From Diplonema japonicum (taxonomy: Eukaryota > Protista > Euglenozoa: Diplonemea), in contig OZ025662.1 in the NCBI GenBank assembly GCA_964019335.1, positions 372,001-436,000 on the forward strand: DNA of 64,000 bases, in the 5' to 3' direction. Under the pieces are notes generated by a model. That model saw only the letters and a program-made list of their open reading frames with translations. It was not told where the DNA came from and did no database searches. This document shows, in pieces, positions 39,019 to 49,564 of this stretch. How positions within the stretch are numbered: the stretch's first letter is position 1; each line of letters begins with the position of its first letter. Both the position numbers and the translations under genes were made by a program.

Positions 39019-39454
39019 AAAGTTTTGGTTTTTTTTTTTCTTCTCCCCCCTCTTTATCATTTTTTATTCCCCCTTTTTTCCCTTTTTTTGATGGGGGGGG
39101 GTCGTTGCTTTTAAAAAATTACCTCCCCCATCATAAGTATTGAGATCTTTTTTCTTAGCATGGCATGTCCCACCCTCCTTTTTACCCCTTCCTTTTTGTG
39201 ATCAGAAAAATTTTACGAATAGAAAGAAAAGAAAAGAAAAAGGAAGGAGGAAAGGGATTATAAAAATAATAAAAAAAAAAATGACAATGAACGTGAAGGA
39301 GTTAAAAAAAAAAAAGATTTGGGCGTTACCCTCCTCCCCCCCGCTTCCCTTCAAAACATTTGCGCTGCCTTTTTTTTTTTATTTTCTCCCCTCTGCTCCC
39401 CCCCTCCCCCTGCTCCTTCACAAACGTTAAGACGAAGTAATACACGCATTATTA

Positions 39455-39590
39455 CTGTAAAACCGATAGAAGTAGGCTGTTCCCTTTTTTTTCTTTGCGC
39501 CACACAGATGTGTCCAACCTGATTCTCTCTACTCGGAATAGAGTGGCTGCCATGTGGAAACGTTGGCCTCCACGGTTATCGGTTTTACAG
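39455..39590. mobile_element. 136-bp MITE, probably Tc1/mariner-pogo type
   Basis: Perfect 14-bp TIR CTGTAAAACCGATA (39455-39468) / TATCGGTTTTACAG (39577-39590); TA on the left, TT on the right. The same TA+TIR occurs alone at 5568-5583. Confidence 0.75.
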
Positions 39591-39621
<31 letters not shown>

Positions 39622-39712
39622 TTCCGGGGAGTTGTGTGCGAATACTTCTCCGCCCATCATAGTGATACCCTTTCTCTTCCCCCCAAAGAAAATCCTTAAG
39701 TAGTGGTAATTA

Positions 39713-39764
<52 letters not shown>

Positions 39765-40481
39765 GTAGGCCACAACAGGTTTTTGCTGGGCCTTCAAATC
39801 TAACTTACATTTTTGCCACGCCACCGAGTTGAAAGTGTGCAAGCCGTGAAAGGCAAGCTGGGGTCACTCCGTTTCTGGCAACATTGCGACTCAAGCTGTG
39901 TGTGTTGCTTCAGTTGTCAATGACCCCGAAGCCAAGCTAAAGGGCATCGGCTGTATTTTTTTTTTTTTTTAATTTTTTTCTTTAACAGCGAGAACGAAGT
40001 CTTTGACTTGTCTAAACAAAAAAAAAAAGCCCTTCTTATCTTCTTCTTTCCTTCTGTCAGATAGGAACATCCGATTGACAAAAAGTTTTTTTTTTCCCCT
40101 CCTTATTAGCTCCCCTCCCTTTTTTTTCCCTTTTCATTTCTTTTTTTTTTTTTTGATTTCTTTCTTTTCTTCTTTTTTTTTCTCTTCTTACATGTGAGAA
40201 GAAGAAGAAAAAAAGGGGGAAACAAAACAAAGAGAGGTAAAAAAAAAGAAGAAGAAAAAAAAAAAAAAAGCGAGAAAAAAAAAAAGGAGGAGGAGGATGG
40301 GTCTTTTTTTTTTCTTCAATTTCCCACTTTTGTTTCAAAAAAAAAAAAAAAAACGGGAAAAAAATCTTTTCTTCAATCTACCCCGCAAATATATACTCGT
40401 AGTTTCCCGTTTCTTTTTTTTTTTTCTTCCCACACAATCACAACAACAAAAAAAAAAAAAAACAGAAATCGCATCGCAAAC

Positions 40482-42630
40482 ATGATAAGGTTCAATGCAG
40501 AAGAGGTCCCGAACACACAAGGGAGCGTGACACGGGTGAACTTACCGATGCTAGCACGCAGGCTGCACGTGCCTGTTGATGTGCTGTCGAGGTCCTTGGG
40601 AGGGGCCTCGAGTACACCAGCAGATGATTCAAGTGCGCAGCCATCACCAAAGTCCTCAGGTGGCTCATTCAAAATGGGTGGCTCCCCCGGGTTCTCACCG
40701 CTCTCTTCCCCTGTACGCAGACCTTCCTTCCGCGTGCGCTATATGTCATTGCACCCCTTGGTCCTTAACATCCCATACCCCGTGGGTGCCGAGCTTGGGG
40801 TACGCTGGGAGGCGACACCTTCTGGTATTATTGCAACCCGGATTCTTAAAGACAGCGCAGCCGCGAGAGCTGGGCTTTTGGAAGGTGCGCGTCTTCTTAA
40901 AATAGGTGATGTGGACATTACCAGCGGTGCTGACGTTGTAGCACAGCTCAGCAAGCCCCTCCCAGACCGCATCCTGCAGGTCACTGTTGCCGGGACACGC
41001 GAGACAGCGTCGTCGTCGCCGCACAGTTCGCAAGCCTACACATCGAAGACGATGGATGACGACATCCTCTTCAGTCCAGGGAATGTTGACACCGACGATG
41101 AAGAAGACCCCTTCATCATATCCCCTGCAGGTATACAAGAACCGGCAGATGTTGAGGTTGAGGTGCACGAGAACGGTTTGGCCAGACTGGTGGCGGGCAG
41201 AGCGGACAGTGCTTACATCGTGTCGGACCCACACTCCAAAAGCGCTGTGATCGCAGTGTCCGACCAGGACCAAGGCGGGTCGCCACGCTCAGGCAAGAGA
41301 AACCGCAGCATCTTCGAATCCTTTGTGAGCAGGATGTCTGGTGTGCTGGGCTTCGGCCTCGACCCGTACAGGTCGTCCTCACCACGCGAGGTGCCCTCCG
41401 CCACCCCTCAGCGACGCGTAGCCTTCGCAGACGACACTGGCGCCGACCTTGTGAGCAGCGTCAAGATGTACGACGAGGTCGACACTGTGATGCTGGAGCT
41501 CAACTTCGTGTTCCCGAAGTGGGTGTGGTTCGGGCTGGCAACTATCTTAATTATGCAAACATGTGAAAGGCCTCTGATGTTCACCCTTACCGAGCATCAT
41601 CTGGGCACGCATCTAGTCCTGAACTCCTTGACGGCCATCGAGACAGTCATGCTTGCAGTCCTGGTGCTGCCGTGGTACAGGTCCTTCTTGGCAAAGGAGA
41701 ACTACGCCTTTCTATGGTCGAACCAAGGGTGGGTGTGCCTGCTGTTGTGCGGTGTTGCGCGCAGCGTAACGCAGACAGCGTCGCTGTTGTCGCTGACGCA
41801 GTACACAGGGTGCGGCACAGAAGTGTGCCCGCCGGTGCTGTTGGAGTGCATGGCGCCTGCGTTTATGGTAGCGTACTACAGCATAACAAGGTGTGTAGAA
41901 AGACGGCGTGTGGGCCAAGCAGAAGAAGCATGGTTTCTGCTGGAAGGCGTCGGGCTGTTCGTGACAGTAGGTGGGGCTGGGGTAGTCTTGTCGCAGCAGG
42001 CAGGTGGGGTGACCTTGGGGGCGAGTGCTTACGCCTTACTCATAGCAGCAAGCGTGGCTGTCGACCTGATCATGAAACGGCACATCGCCTCCCAAATGCC
42101 ACTCCCGGTGGTACTGTTCCTTATACAGTGCGTGGCGTTCGTCATCTCAGCTACTTGGGGAACAGCACTCCTGGCAATGGGTAAGACGACGCACCACGAC
42201 TGGCATGTGATGAACGACAACAAATGGAGGCTAGCAGCCACGTCTGGGGTGGCCATTGTTTTATCCGCTGCAACATTGTTGGTGCTGCGGCACCTGCACC
42301 CATACCCCGCAGCCGGGGTCTGGTGCTTTGGGAGTGTCTTCCAGGTTCTTATTTCAAGCAACGCATTTGATGTTCCATGGGACAGTGCTACCATCGTGGC
42401 GGTCCCGGCAGGTATGGGAGGGAAGAGGTAAGAAAAAAATTTTCTTTTTCATAGTTCTTGCATGTTTGCTTGGTGCCCTTCTGACAACGTGGGCTAGTGT
42501 GCACCATAGGTCTGTGGTAGAGGTTGAAATTGTACAGGACAAGCGCGAGCGTCGCAGGAAGGCCGCCGGCATTAAAGGGAGCAAAAAGAGGAGGAAGCAA
42601 CCGAAGCAGGCTTCCGAAGACAATGGTTGA
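40482..42630 (+). CDS. PDZ-domain + multi-pass (DMT/EamA-like) membrane protein, paralog 2; intron 42412-42454
   Basis: Colinear with paralog 1 (PDZ 'ELGVRWEATPSGIIATRILKDSAAARAGLLEGARLLKIGDV', 'RRVAFADD', TM region); intron at the same position and phase. Confidence 0.75.
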
Positions 42631-43123
42631 GAGGGGAAGGGGGGAGGAAAAAAAAATGTAAATAACACTTTTTTTTTGTTGCAACGCTTATTATTATTTT
42701 ATTTATTTTTTTTTTTTTCGTTTAAGTAGAAGTGATCCTGTCTATTTGATGTGCCAACATTTAAAAAAAAAAAAAAAAAAAAAAAAAGCGAGAAGAAAAA
42801 TCCCCTTTTTTTTGATACTGTGCTAGGCGAGTATTTTTTTTTTTCTTTTGTTATGATGCGCGAGCAATAGGGGATTATTTTTCTACTTCGAGTTTTTCTT
42901 GGTTCCACACCGACACGAGCTCTGTGTACAGCAGCTGAAGAATTGGAGAGTGAGAAGAGGGGTTTTTTTTTTGTGAGACTGGCTCTTTTTGTATTTTTTA
43001 AGAAACCCCGAGAACCCCCCCCAAAAAAAAACTTTGCCCTCCCCACTCTATATCTACACGTCCCAATCGCTACTATAACCCTTTGCCCTTTCCCCCTCCC
43101 CTTTTTATTCCAAATCTTTACCA

Positions 43124-43248
43124 TTCAAAAAAAAAAATGATTTCATTACTTTATGCAACTTGAAAAGAATTTTCGCAGCTTTTTTAAAAAGATTTTTTTT
43201 TTTTTGCTCGTGCGAAAAAACAAAGATAAAAAGTCATAAAGAATTATT
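43124..43248 (+). repeat. Diverged third copy of the AT-rich direct repeat of the 44464-45863 element
   Basis: 'tatgcaactt...tttcgcagctttt...tttgctcgtgcgaa..caaaga..gtcataaagaattatt' matches 44464-44584 and 45699-45863. Confidence 0.8.
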
Positions 43249-43514
43249 CCCCACCCCTCCCCTCCCTCCCCTCCGTTTTATGAATCGGCACAATACAAAC
43301 AACGGCTGGTCCTCTTTCTCCCCTCCTAAAGTATTTACACATTTCCCTTTTTTTTTATTCCCCCCTTTTTTTTCCTCCAAGTTTTTTTCTCTCTCTTCTT
43401 TTTTATAGCCAAACCAAGGGGAAAAAAAAGAGGAAACCCCCCCCCCAAATAATAATAAAAAAGGAAACACGGGGAAGAAGGAAAAGAAAAGAAAAAAAAA
43501 AGAAATATTCCAGA

Positions 43515-44429
43515 ATGGCATTAAGAGGAACAGTGAGCAAATGGGTGGCGTGCAAAGGGTATGGGTTCATTCAGGGAGAGACAGGGGAGGAGGTGTTTGT
43601 GTACTCTGGGGCGATCGTGGGGGGAAACAGCCTTACGATCGGGACGGAGGTCACTTATGAGCTGGACCTTGCGGCGAAGAAGAGGGACGGCGCTGCCGCA
43701 GCGAAAAACGTACAGGGCCCCGGTGTGAGGGGGATCTCTGCAGGGCAGTGCGAAGGAGTAGTGAAAGAGTGGCTCGCCGCAAAGTCCTACGGCTTCATCC
43801 GACAGAACGACGGGACAGTTCTCTATGTCCACCACAGTGCTTTCGATGGCTCGAAGCTGGAGGTTAACCAGGTGGTCCGCTTCGATGTGACAGGCGCTCA
43901 GCACGACTCAGGCAGGAACATTGCCATCAACGTGTCAGGCCCTGGTGTTAAGCAACGCGCGGCCGAGAAGGGTGTCGTCCGCCGTTGGAACTTCGAAAAG
44001 CGTTACGGGTTCATCCAGGAGGACAAGACTAGGAGAGACATCTTCGTGCACACCAACGAGGTGGGCGGTGCCGCGCTTGCCATCGGCAAGGAGCTGTATT
44101 TTGACGTCGGCAACAAGGACGGCAAGGAGCACGCCTTCAACATCTCCGGTCCGGCCATCACCGATGTCGCCATGTACCTGAACCACAACAACAAGAACGG
44201 AACGGCCAAGGGGGGTGCCAACGTGGAGCGTCGCCGTTCGCCTTTGAACAACAAGTACTACACCAGGGAAGAGTTCATGGTGTGTTGAAGAAGAAGGGGA
44301 AGGAAAAAAAAAAAAAAAAACCTACAGACACACTTCGGCGGTTCAAAGGAATGGAACAATGCTTTCAAGACCAGCACGAAGGGCGGATACACCAACGGTA
44401 CCGGATCCTCCAATAACAGGCGATACTGA
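43515..44429 (+). CDS. Triple cold-shock-domain protein; intron 44280-44327
   Basis: Three CSDs with RNP1/RNP2 motifs (KGYGFI..VFVY, KSYGFI..LYVH, KRYGFI..IFVH). Splicing restores the C-terminal motif 'ERRRSPLNNKYYTREEFM|THFGGSKEWNNA'. Confidence 0.92.
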
Positions 44430-44463
44430 TTTTTTTTTTTCTTCTTTTTTTCTTCTTTTTTTC

Positions 44464-45863
44464 TTTGTTACAAAAATTTATCTTCAAAAAATTGATTTTA
44501 ACTATATGTAATTTGTGTTGAGCAAAAAACTTTCGCAGCTTTTTAAAACCTTTTTTTGCTCGTGCGAACAACAAGCAAAAAGTAAAATGCTGCTGAAGAC
44601 TGCCAAAGCGGGTGGAGAGAGGGGTGAACCACCTACCTCCCGCGCCAGACGCCAGGCCGGAGTGAGGCGACCCCAAAGAAATCTAGGTTGACCGACTCGT
44701 CGAGCAGGCCGTTCAGAAGGCTATCTCCGAGTTGCTCCCCTTGATAAGGGATCGGGTGGAGATGTTCCTTGGGCCTGGACATCGGCTGGAACTCTCAGCC
44801 GACCGAGCTGATCGAGGGCCAAGCGCCGAGGGTACGGCGAGGGTCAACCTCCCCGGGAATCGCGATGGAAGGCGCAGACGCCGAGCCTCGCAGTCTTCCG
44901 CTGATTCGGACGAGGGTTTTCACGACGAGCCAAGCGCCGACGACTCACCACACGACAGCCCCGACATTCTGGCTCCCCCACAGCTATGGGGTGCAAGCCT
45001 TAGAGCGTCGAAGTGGGCTTGGTTGGAGGCGGGCGAGCAATCCATGGTGGCCAACGTCACCATGCAGTACAGACAGCTGACCGTCGGCCCCTGCGCTCGG
45101 GGGGCAAGCATGCGGGTAAAGGACCTGCGGGAAATCGTGATGGCCATTGGCTGTCCAGACCTGGTGGAGCTAAACTCCACGCTTGTCCGCCTCGCCAAGC
45201 GGGCCATCGTTCGCCCGCAGGCCCTAGAGAGGGGCAGCAGGGGCAACTGAGAGGCCGCCGACGCGATCCAGCAGGGTTGTCGATGCCTCCTTTTTTGAGA
45301 AAGGGGGAGCGCTTGGCCGAAGAGCTCAGCCGTTCTCGACGCAAGAAGCGAAAGCTCACTGACAGCGCTGCAGGGAGGGGTGGAAAGCCGCAGGGAAAGC
45401 AGGAAGGGAATGGCTGCTTCCGGGGAAAACGAGGGCAGATCTCGCAGAGGAGGCAGGTCTGGATCGAGGGATCGGCGCAGGAAATGACAGCATTGACAAG
45501 CCACAGCCTCTCCTTATCCCCCCTTAAGCTTTTCTTGTAGCCCTCCATGGGGGCTCCCGCTGCAAGGTATCGCTGATGGTCGACAACCTGCCTGCTGTGT
45601 ACGCGATTCGGAAGGGGCTTTGTCTTGTCTCTACGTCAAGTGGGTTCACATGTGAGCAGAAGGCAGACCCATTCACGCGGGGCGCAGAGGGTCCTGAAGC
45701 GAACAACAATGACATTTTGTCATAAAGAATTATTTTTGTTACAAATATTTATCTTTCAAAAAATGAATTTTTTATAACTATATGCAACTTGTGCCGAGCA
45801 AAAAAAAACTTTCAGCTTTTTAAAGCTTTTTTTTGCTCGTGTGAACAACAAAGACATATAGTA
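44464..45863 (+). mobile_element. Internally deleted tyrosine-recombinase-type retroelement relic (DIRS/Ngaro/VIPER-like) with direct repeats
   Basis: GC-rich core between ~120-bp direct repeats (44464-44584, 45735-45863); gag-like broken ORF 44732-45250; RNase H remnant 'AFLVALHGGSRCKVSLMVDNLPAVYAIRKG' followed, after frameshifts, by 'LYVKWV' and 'EQKADPFTR' (DIRS-type DN..V..I.KG / WV....AD..SR). No RT or YR domain seen. Confidence 0.68.
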
Positions 45864-46901
45864 GAGATTTTTTTTTTTTTTATAATTCTCAATTTTTTTT
45901 TCCAGTGTTTTTTTTTTTCCCTTTTTTTTTCTCCCGTTTCCCCATTTTTTTTTTTCCTGCAGTGATTTTTTTTTCTCCCCCCCTCCCCTCTCGGGAGGGA
46001 AGAAAAAAAGAAGAGAGAGAATATTAAAAAAGAAATAGTGTGGTAAGTTAAGTTTTTTTTTTCCTTTTTCTTTTTTTTTTCTCCTTGTCCATCCCCCCCC
46101 CCCCCCCCACCTCTTTTTTCTTTTTATTGGACTGAATCAAGAAAAAAAAAACAAATGTGGATGTGTGTTGAAGGGGGGAGGGGGAAGAAAACACATACAA
46201 GATTTCATCTTAGCGAACTTGGGAAGGGGGGGGGGGGAGACGATTTTTTTATGTTCTCTCTTTTTTTAAAAAAAAAAAAAGAAAGTCAAAATTCCGCAAA
46301 AGAAAGAAAAAGGAGGGGGGAACCGTGAAAGTACGTGAAGGGATCATTTCTTTTTTATTTTCAAAAAGATGGCGAGGCGTGTGCTTCATTTCTTTATTTC
46401 CCCCTCCCCCACTTACCAAAATTTTATCCTCCCAGGCATCAAGAATGAGTCTAAAGCTTCCGCCGCACAAAATTACGTTTCGAAAAGCTTTTGCTTTACT
46501 TTATTTTTCTTTCTTAATTATCTATATGTACCCGCGCTAGGTCTTGTTGCCTCCCCCCCCCTTGTTTTTTATTTCTTTTTGTTGTGTGCCCTCCTTGTTT
46601 TCACTTTCTTTTCCTCCATTTTCTCCCCCCCCTTATTTATTTTCTTTTTTATTGTGACACGGCCATTTGAAAAATAAAATAAAAAAAAACTTTGCCCCAC
46701 CACCACATCCTCTTCCTTTTTTTTTTTTATCGGTGTTGTTATTTGTTGGTTTTTTTTATTATTATTTCTTTTATTCTCTTTTTTTTTTCTTTTTTTTTTC
46801 TCGTTCCTTTTTTTTTTTTTCTTTTTTTTCCAAAGAAAAAGATTTCTCCTCTCTCCCAAAAGAAAAAAGGAAAACACACAAAAAAAAAACAAAAAAAAAA
46901 A

Positions 46902-47243
46902 ATGGCCGAAGCCCTTTTCGCGAAGATGTCCGCAGCCCTCGGGACCCCTGCTGGTCAGGCTGCGGCGAAGAAGATCAACGAGGTGATCACGTACGAGTTC
47001 CCCGACACCGGTGTGTCGTACGTGATGGACCTGAAGGCGGGGAAGGCGTACAAGGGGAAGCACGACGACCCCGCGTGCACCTTCAAGATGGACGAGAAGG
47101 TGTTCATTGAGCTTTCGGGGGGCAAGGCGGACCCCATGGGCCTCTTCATGGAGGGGAAGATCGAGCTCGACGGGGACACCGACATCGCCATGAAGATTGG
47201 CAAGGTCCTCAAGACCCTCGAGAAGGAGATCCAGATGGCGTGA
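46902..47243 (+). CDS. Stand-alone SCP2 sterol/lipid-carrier domain protein, copy 1 (113 aa)
   Basis: 'YVMDLKAGKAYKG...PACTFKMDEKVFIELSGGKADPMGLFMEGKIELDGDTDIAMKI' is the SCP2 signature. Confidence 0.92.
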   Translation: MAEALFAKMSAALGTPAGQAAAKKINEVITYEFPDTGVSYVMDLKAGKAYKGKHDDPACTFKMDEKVFIELSGGKADPMGLFMEGKIELDGDTDIAMKIGKVLKTLEKEIQMA

Positions 47244-47763
47244 GTATAAAACTCAAGAGGGAAAAAAGAAAAAAATGAGGAGGGAAAAAAAAGAGGGATG
47301 AATGTAACTCTCCTGTTCTTCACTGTTTTTCCTCTCTTTTTTTTTTTTTAATAAAACCTTTGATAAATCTTATTTGAAAAAAAAGAAGAAAAAAAAAAGG
47401 AGGCGGGGAAAAAAAAAGGGAACAAATCGTTCCCATTTTAATCCCCCCCCCACCACGTTTTACTGTTTTTTATTTTCTTATTGTCCTTTTTCTCTTTCTC
47501 TTTTTCTTTTTATGCAAAAAAAAAAAAAGAGAAAAAAAACCGAGTGGGTGGACCATGTAGACGAGGAAAAAAAAAAAAAAAAAAAAAAAAAGAAAAAAGA
47601 AAAAAAGGGAAAAGCGATGAAACAATGCCGCGATCTTACGGCATACCACTTCTTTGTTTTCTTCAATTTTTTTTTTTTTTTTTTTTTTTTCATATCAAAA
47701 AAAAAAAAAAAAAACCCACCTCAGAGGGGAGGGGGGGGGGGGGAGGAGAGGGGAGAGGGAAAC

Positions 47764-49305
47764 ATGGATACCGTACCAGGAGGAGGTCTTTCCAACCATC
47801 TCCTCGAAGGCGGTATGACCACTGAGGACCACCTAGAGACAACCGACGAAGAGGACGGGATGATGGTCTGCGGTATCGGCCACATCTTCGGCTGCCTACC
47901 GTTCACCTTCTGCGACTGCAAAGTCGGCGCAAGCAGCCGACCAAGAGAAGCCATCTTTGCATACGTATGCAGAACTGTCCTGTACATAGGCATAGTACTC
48001 TGCGTCTTAGCAGTCGTACTTTACCACAGTACGACCAACAAGGAAGGTGTTAACAAAACTGATGCTTACGCACCGATTGCAGTGCAGGTACTGCTGATGT
48101 CGTGGCTAACTTTGAATAACATCCTTCTGAACAATCTTCAAAAAGAATGGAAAGATGTAAAGGCAGCAGTGCGGCAAGCTTCCGTCCCCCCAGCGGAAGC
48201 ACCTTTTTTATCCGACGACGACGAGCAATTGGTAGATTTGCAAAGCCATCAGATAATGGACCTTCGCATCCCGCTAAGGCCAGGACCCATCGATCCAACC
48301 ACCGGCCAGCCTTTACAAACAGCGTTAAGCGTGATAGCGAAAATCGCATACAGGGGGTGTCAAACAGCAAAGTATTCCCCATTGTTTAAGGGAATTCCGG
48401 TACTACCGGAATCTGGTAATTATTACAAGTGTTTGGTAGCGGGTTTGGTTCTCTCCGCGTCGCAGGTTGTCATAATTCGGGCTTATTTCGGGCATTCTGA
48501 CTACAGCGAGTACAATAGTTTGTCACTTGCGGTATGGTGGATATCCACTGTTCACTTTTCCCTTGCGTTGTTTCTGTTTTACACATTGCTCACGTTGATC
48601 GTCACGGCATACCGGCAGCAGTATTTGTTAATGAGACGGTTCAGCTGTATGTTGATACAGCAACGCGCTGCTAGGAACAAACTTCCTTATTTTATAATGA
48701 ACACGACGGAGAACATGCAGGCGTGGTACGCCGTCCGGCAGTTTTTGCTTCAGCACATCACGGGGCCGAATGCGTTGGGCGTTGTTCTCGACCCGACATT
48801 CGCACTACTCGGGCTTGGTGTTTTAGGGTCATCCACCGTGCTCATCGTCCGCCAGCTTTTTGAAGGTCTCGAAATCGATCTTTTTTCAGCAGGCTGTTTT
48901 AACATTCTCGGCACGTGTATCGTGTACATGGGCAGTGTCGCTTATTATGGCTTGAAGATACAATCGCATATTTCATCTCATGCTGAAATTTTAGCGCATA
49001 TTCAATGGGAAATTACACGAAAGTGGAATGTTGTGCTTGAAACACTTGAAAACTCCCCGCCAGAGTCGAGGTCGCAGAAAGCGTCGGAGCGTGCGAGAAA
49101 GTTGTGGATTTTGCGGAGGTACACGAATGGTCTGATGGACACCTGTTACAGGGACACACAGCACCCTAAGATTCTTAAAGCGTCGTTTAGCAATATGAGG
49201 TGGTGGATTATTCTGGGGCTTCTCGCGCTTAACACTGTGCTGTTCTTCGCTCTTAGGAAACGCAATGATAACTCTGCTCCTACCGCGGCCGTTTCTGAAC
49301 TTTAA
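47764..49305 (+). CDS. PHTF-like multi-pass membrane protein (~513 aa)
   Basis: About 7 hydrophobic segments. 'AYRQQYLLMRRFSCMLIQQRAARNKLPYFIMNTTENMQAWYAVRQFL....GP' parallels the conserved PHTF segment as I recall it (TYKQRLLFAKLF...RRARKSEVPHF..K.VQNIKMWLSLRSYL..RGP). Confidence 0.7.
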   Translation: MDTVPGGGLSNHLLEGGMTTEDHLETTDEEDGMMVCGIGHIFGCLPFTFCDCKVGASSRPREAIFAYVCRTVLYIGIVLCVLAVVLYHSTTNKEGVNKTDAYAPIAVQVLLMSWLTLNNILLNNLQKEWKDVKAAVRQASVPPAEAPFLSDDDEQLVDLQSHQIMDLRIPLRPGPIDPTTGQPLQTALSVIAKIAYRGCQTAKYSPLFKGIPVLPESGNYYKCLVAGLVLSASQVVIIRAYFGHSDYSEYNSLSLAVWWISTVHFSLALFLFYTLLTLIVTAYRQQYLLMRRFSCMLIQQRAARNKLPYFIMNTTENMQAWYAVRQFLLQHITGPNALGVVLDPTFALLGLGVLGSSTVLIVRQLFEGLEIDLFSAGCFNILGTCIVYMGSVAYYGLKIQSHISSHAEILAHIQWEITRKWNVVLETLENSPPESRSQKASERARKLWILRRYTNGLMDTCYRDTQHPKILKASFSNMRWWIILGLLALNTVLFFALRKRNDNSAPTAAVSEL

Positions 49306-49405
49306 AGAGGGGAGGGGTTTTTTTTTTTTTTTTTAAAAAAGAAAAGTATGGATAAGACAGGCCTGAAGAGGTCAGCACCGTCTCAGGGAGCTTGCATGTT
49401 AATTT

Positions 49406-49441
<36 letters not shown>

Positions 49442-49564
49442 CCGATCTCAACTTTTTTTTTTTCTTATACCAACGTGTCCTTTATGTGTGTTCTATTTTT
49501 TTTTTTTTTTTATATTTCTTTCCCCTCCCTGCTACTTCGTTCCTTTTTTTTTTTTTTTTTTTTA

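Noticed and set aside
42790-42940. Possible C/D snoRNA (ATGATG...CTGA) or MITE (imperfect inverted repeat AAATCCCCT / AGGGGATT)
   Set aside because: Imperfect C box, only ~8 nt of putative rRNA complementarity, and a short gapped inverted repeat.
47625-47655. TACGGCATACCAC resembling the 5' end of 5S rRNA, within a small hairpin
   Set aside because: The match is only ~13 nt and is followed by poly-T; no 5S body.
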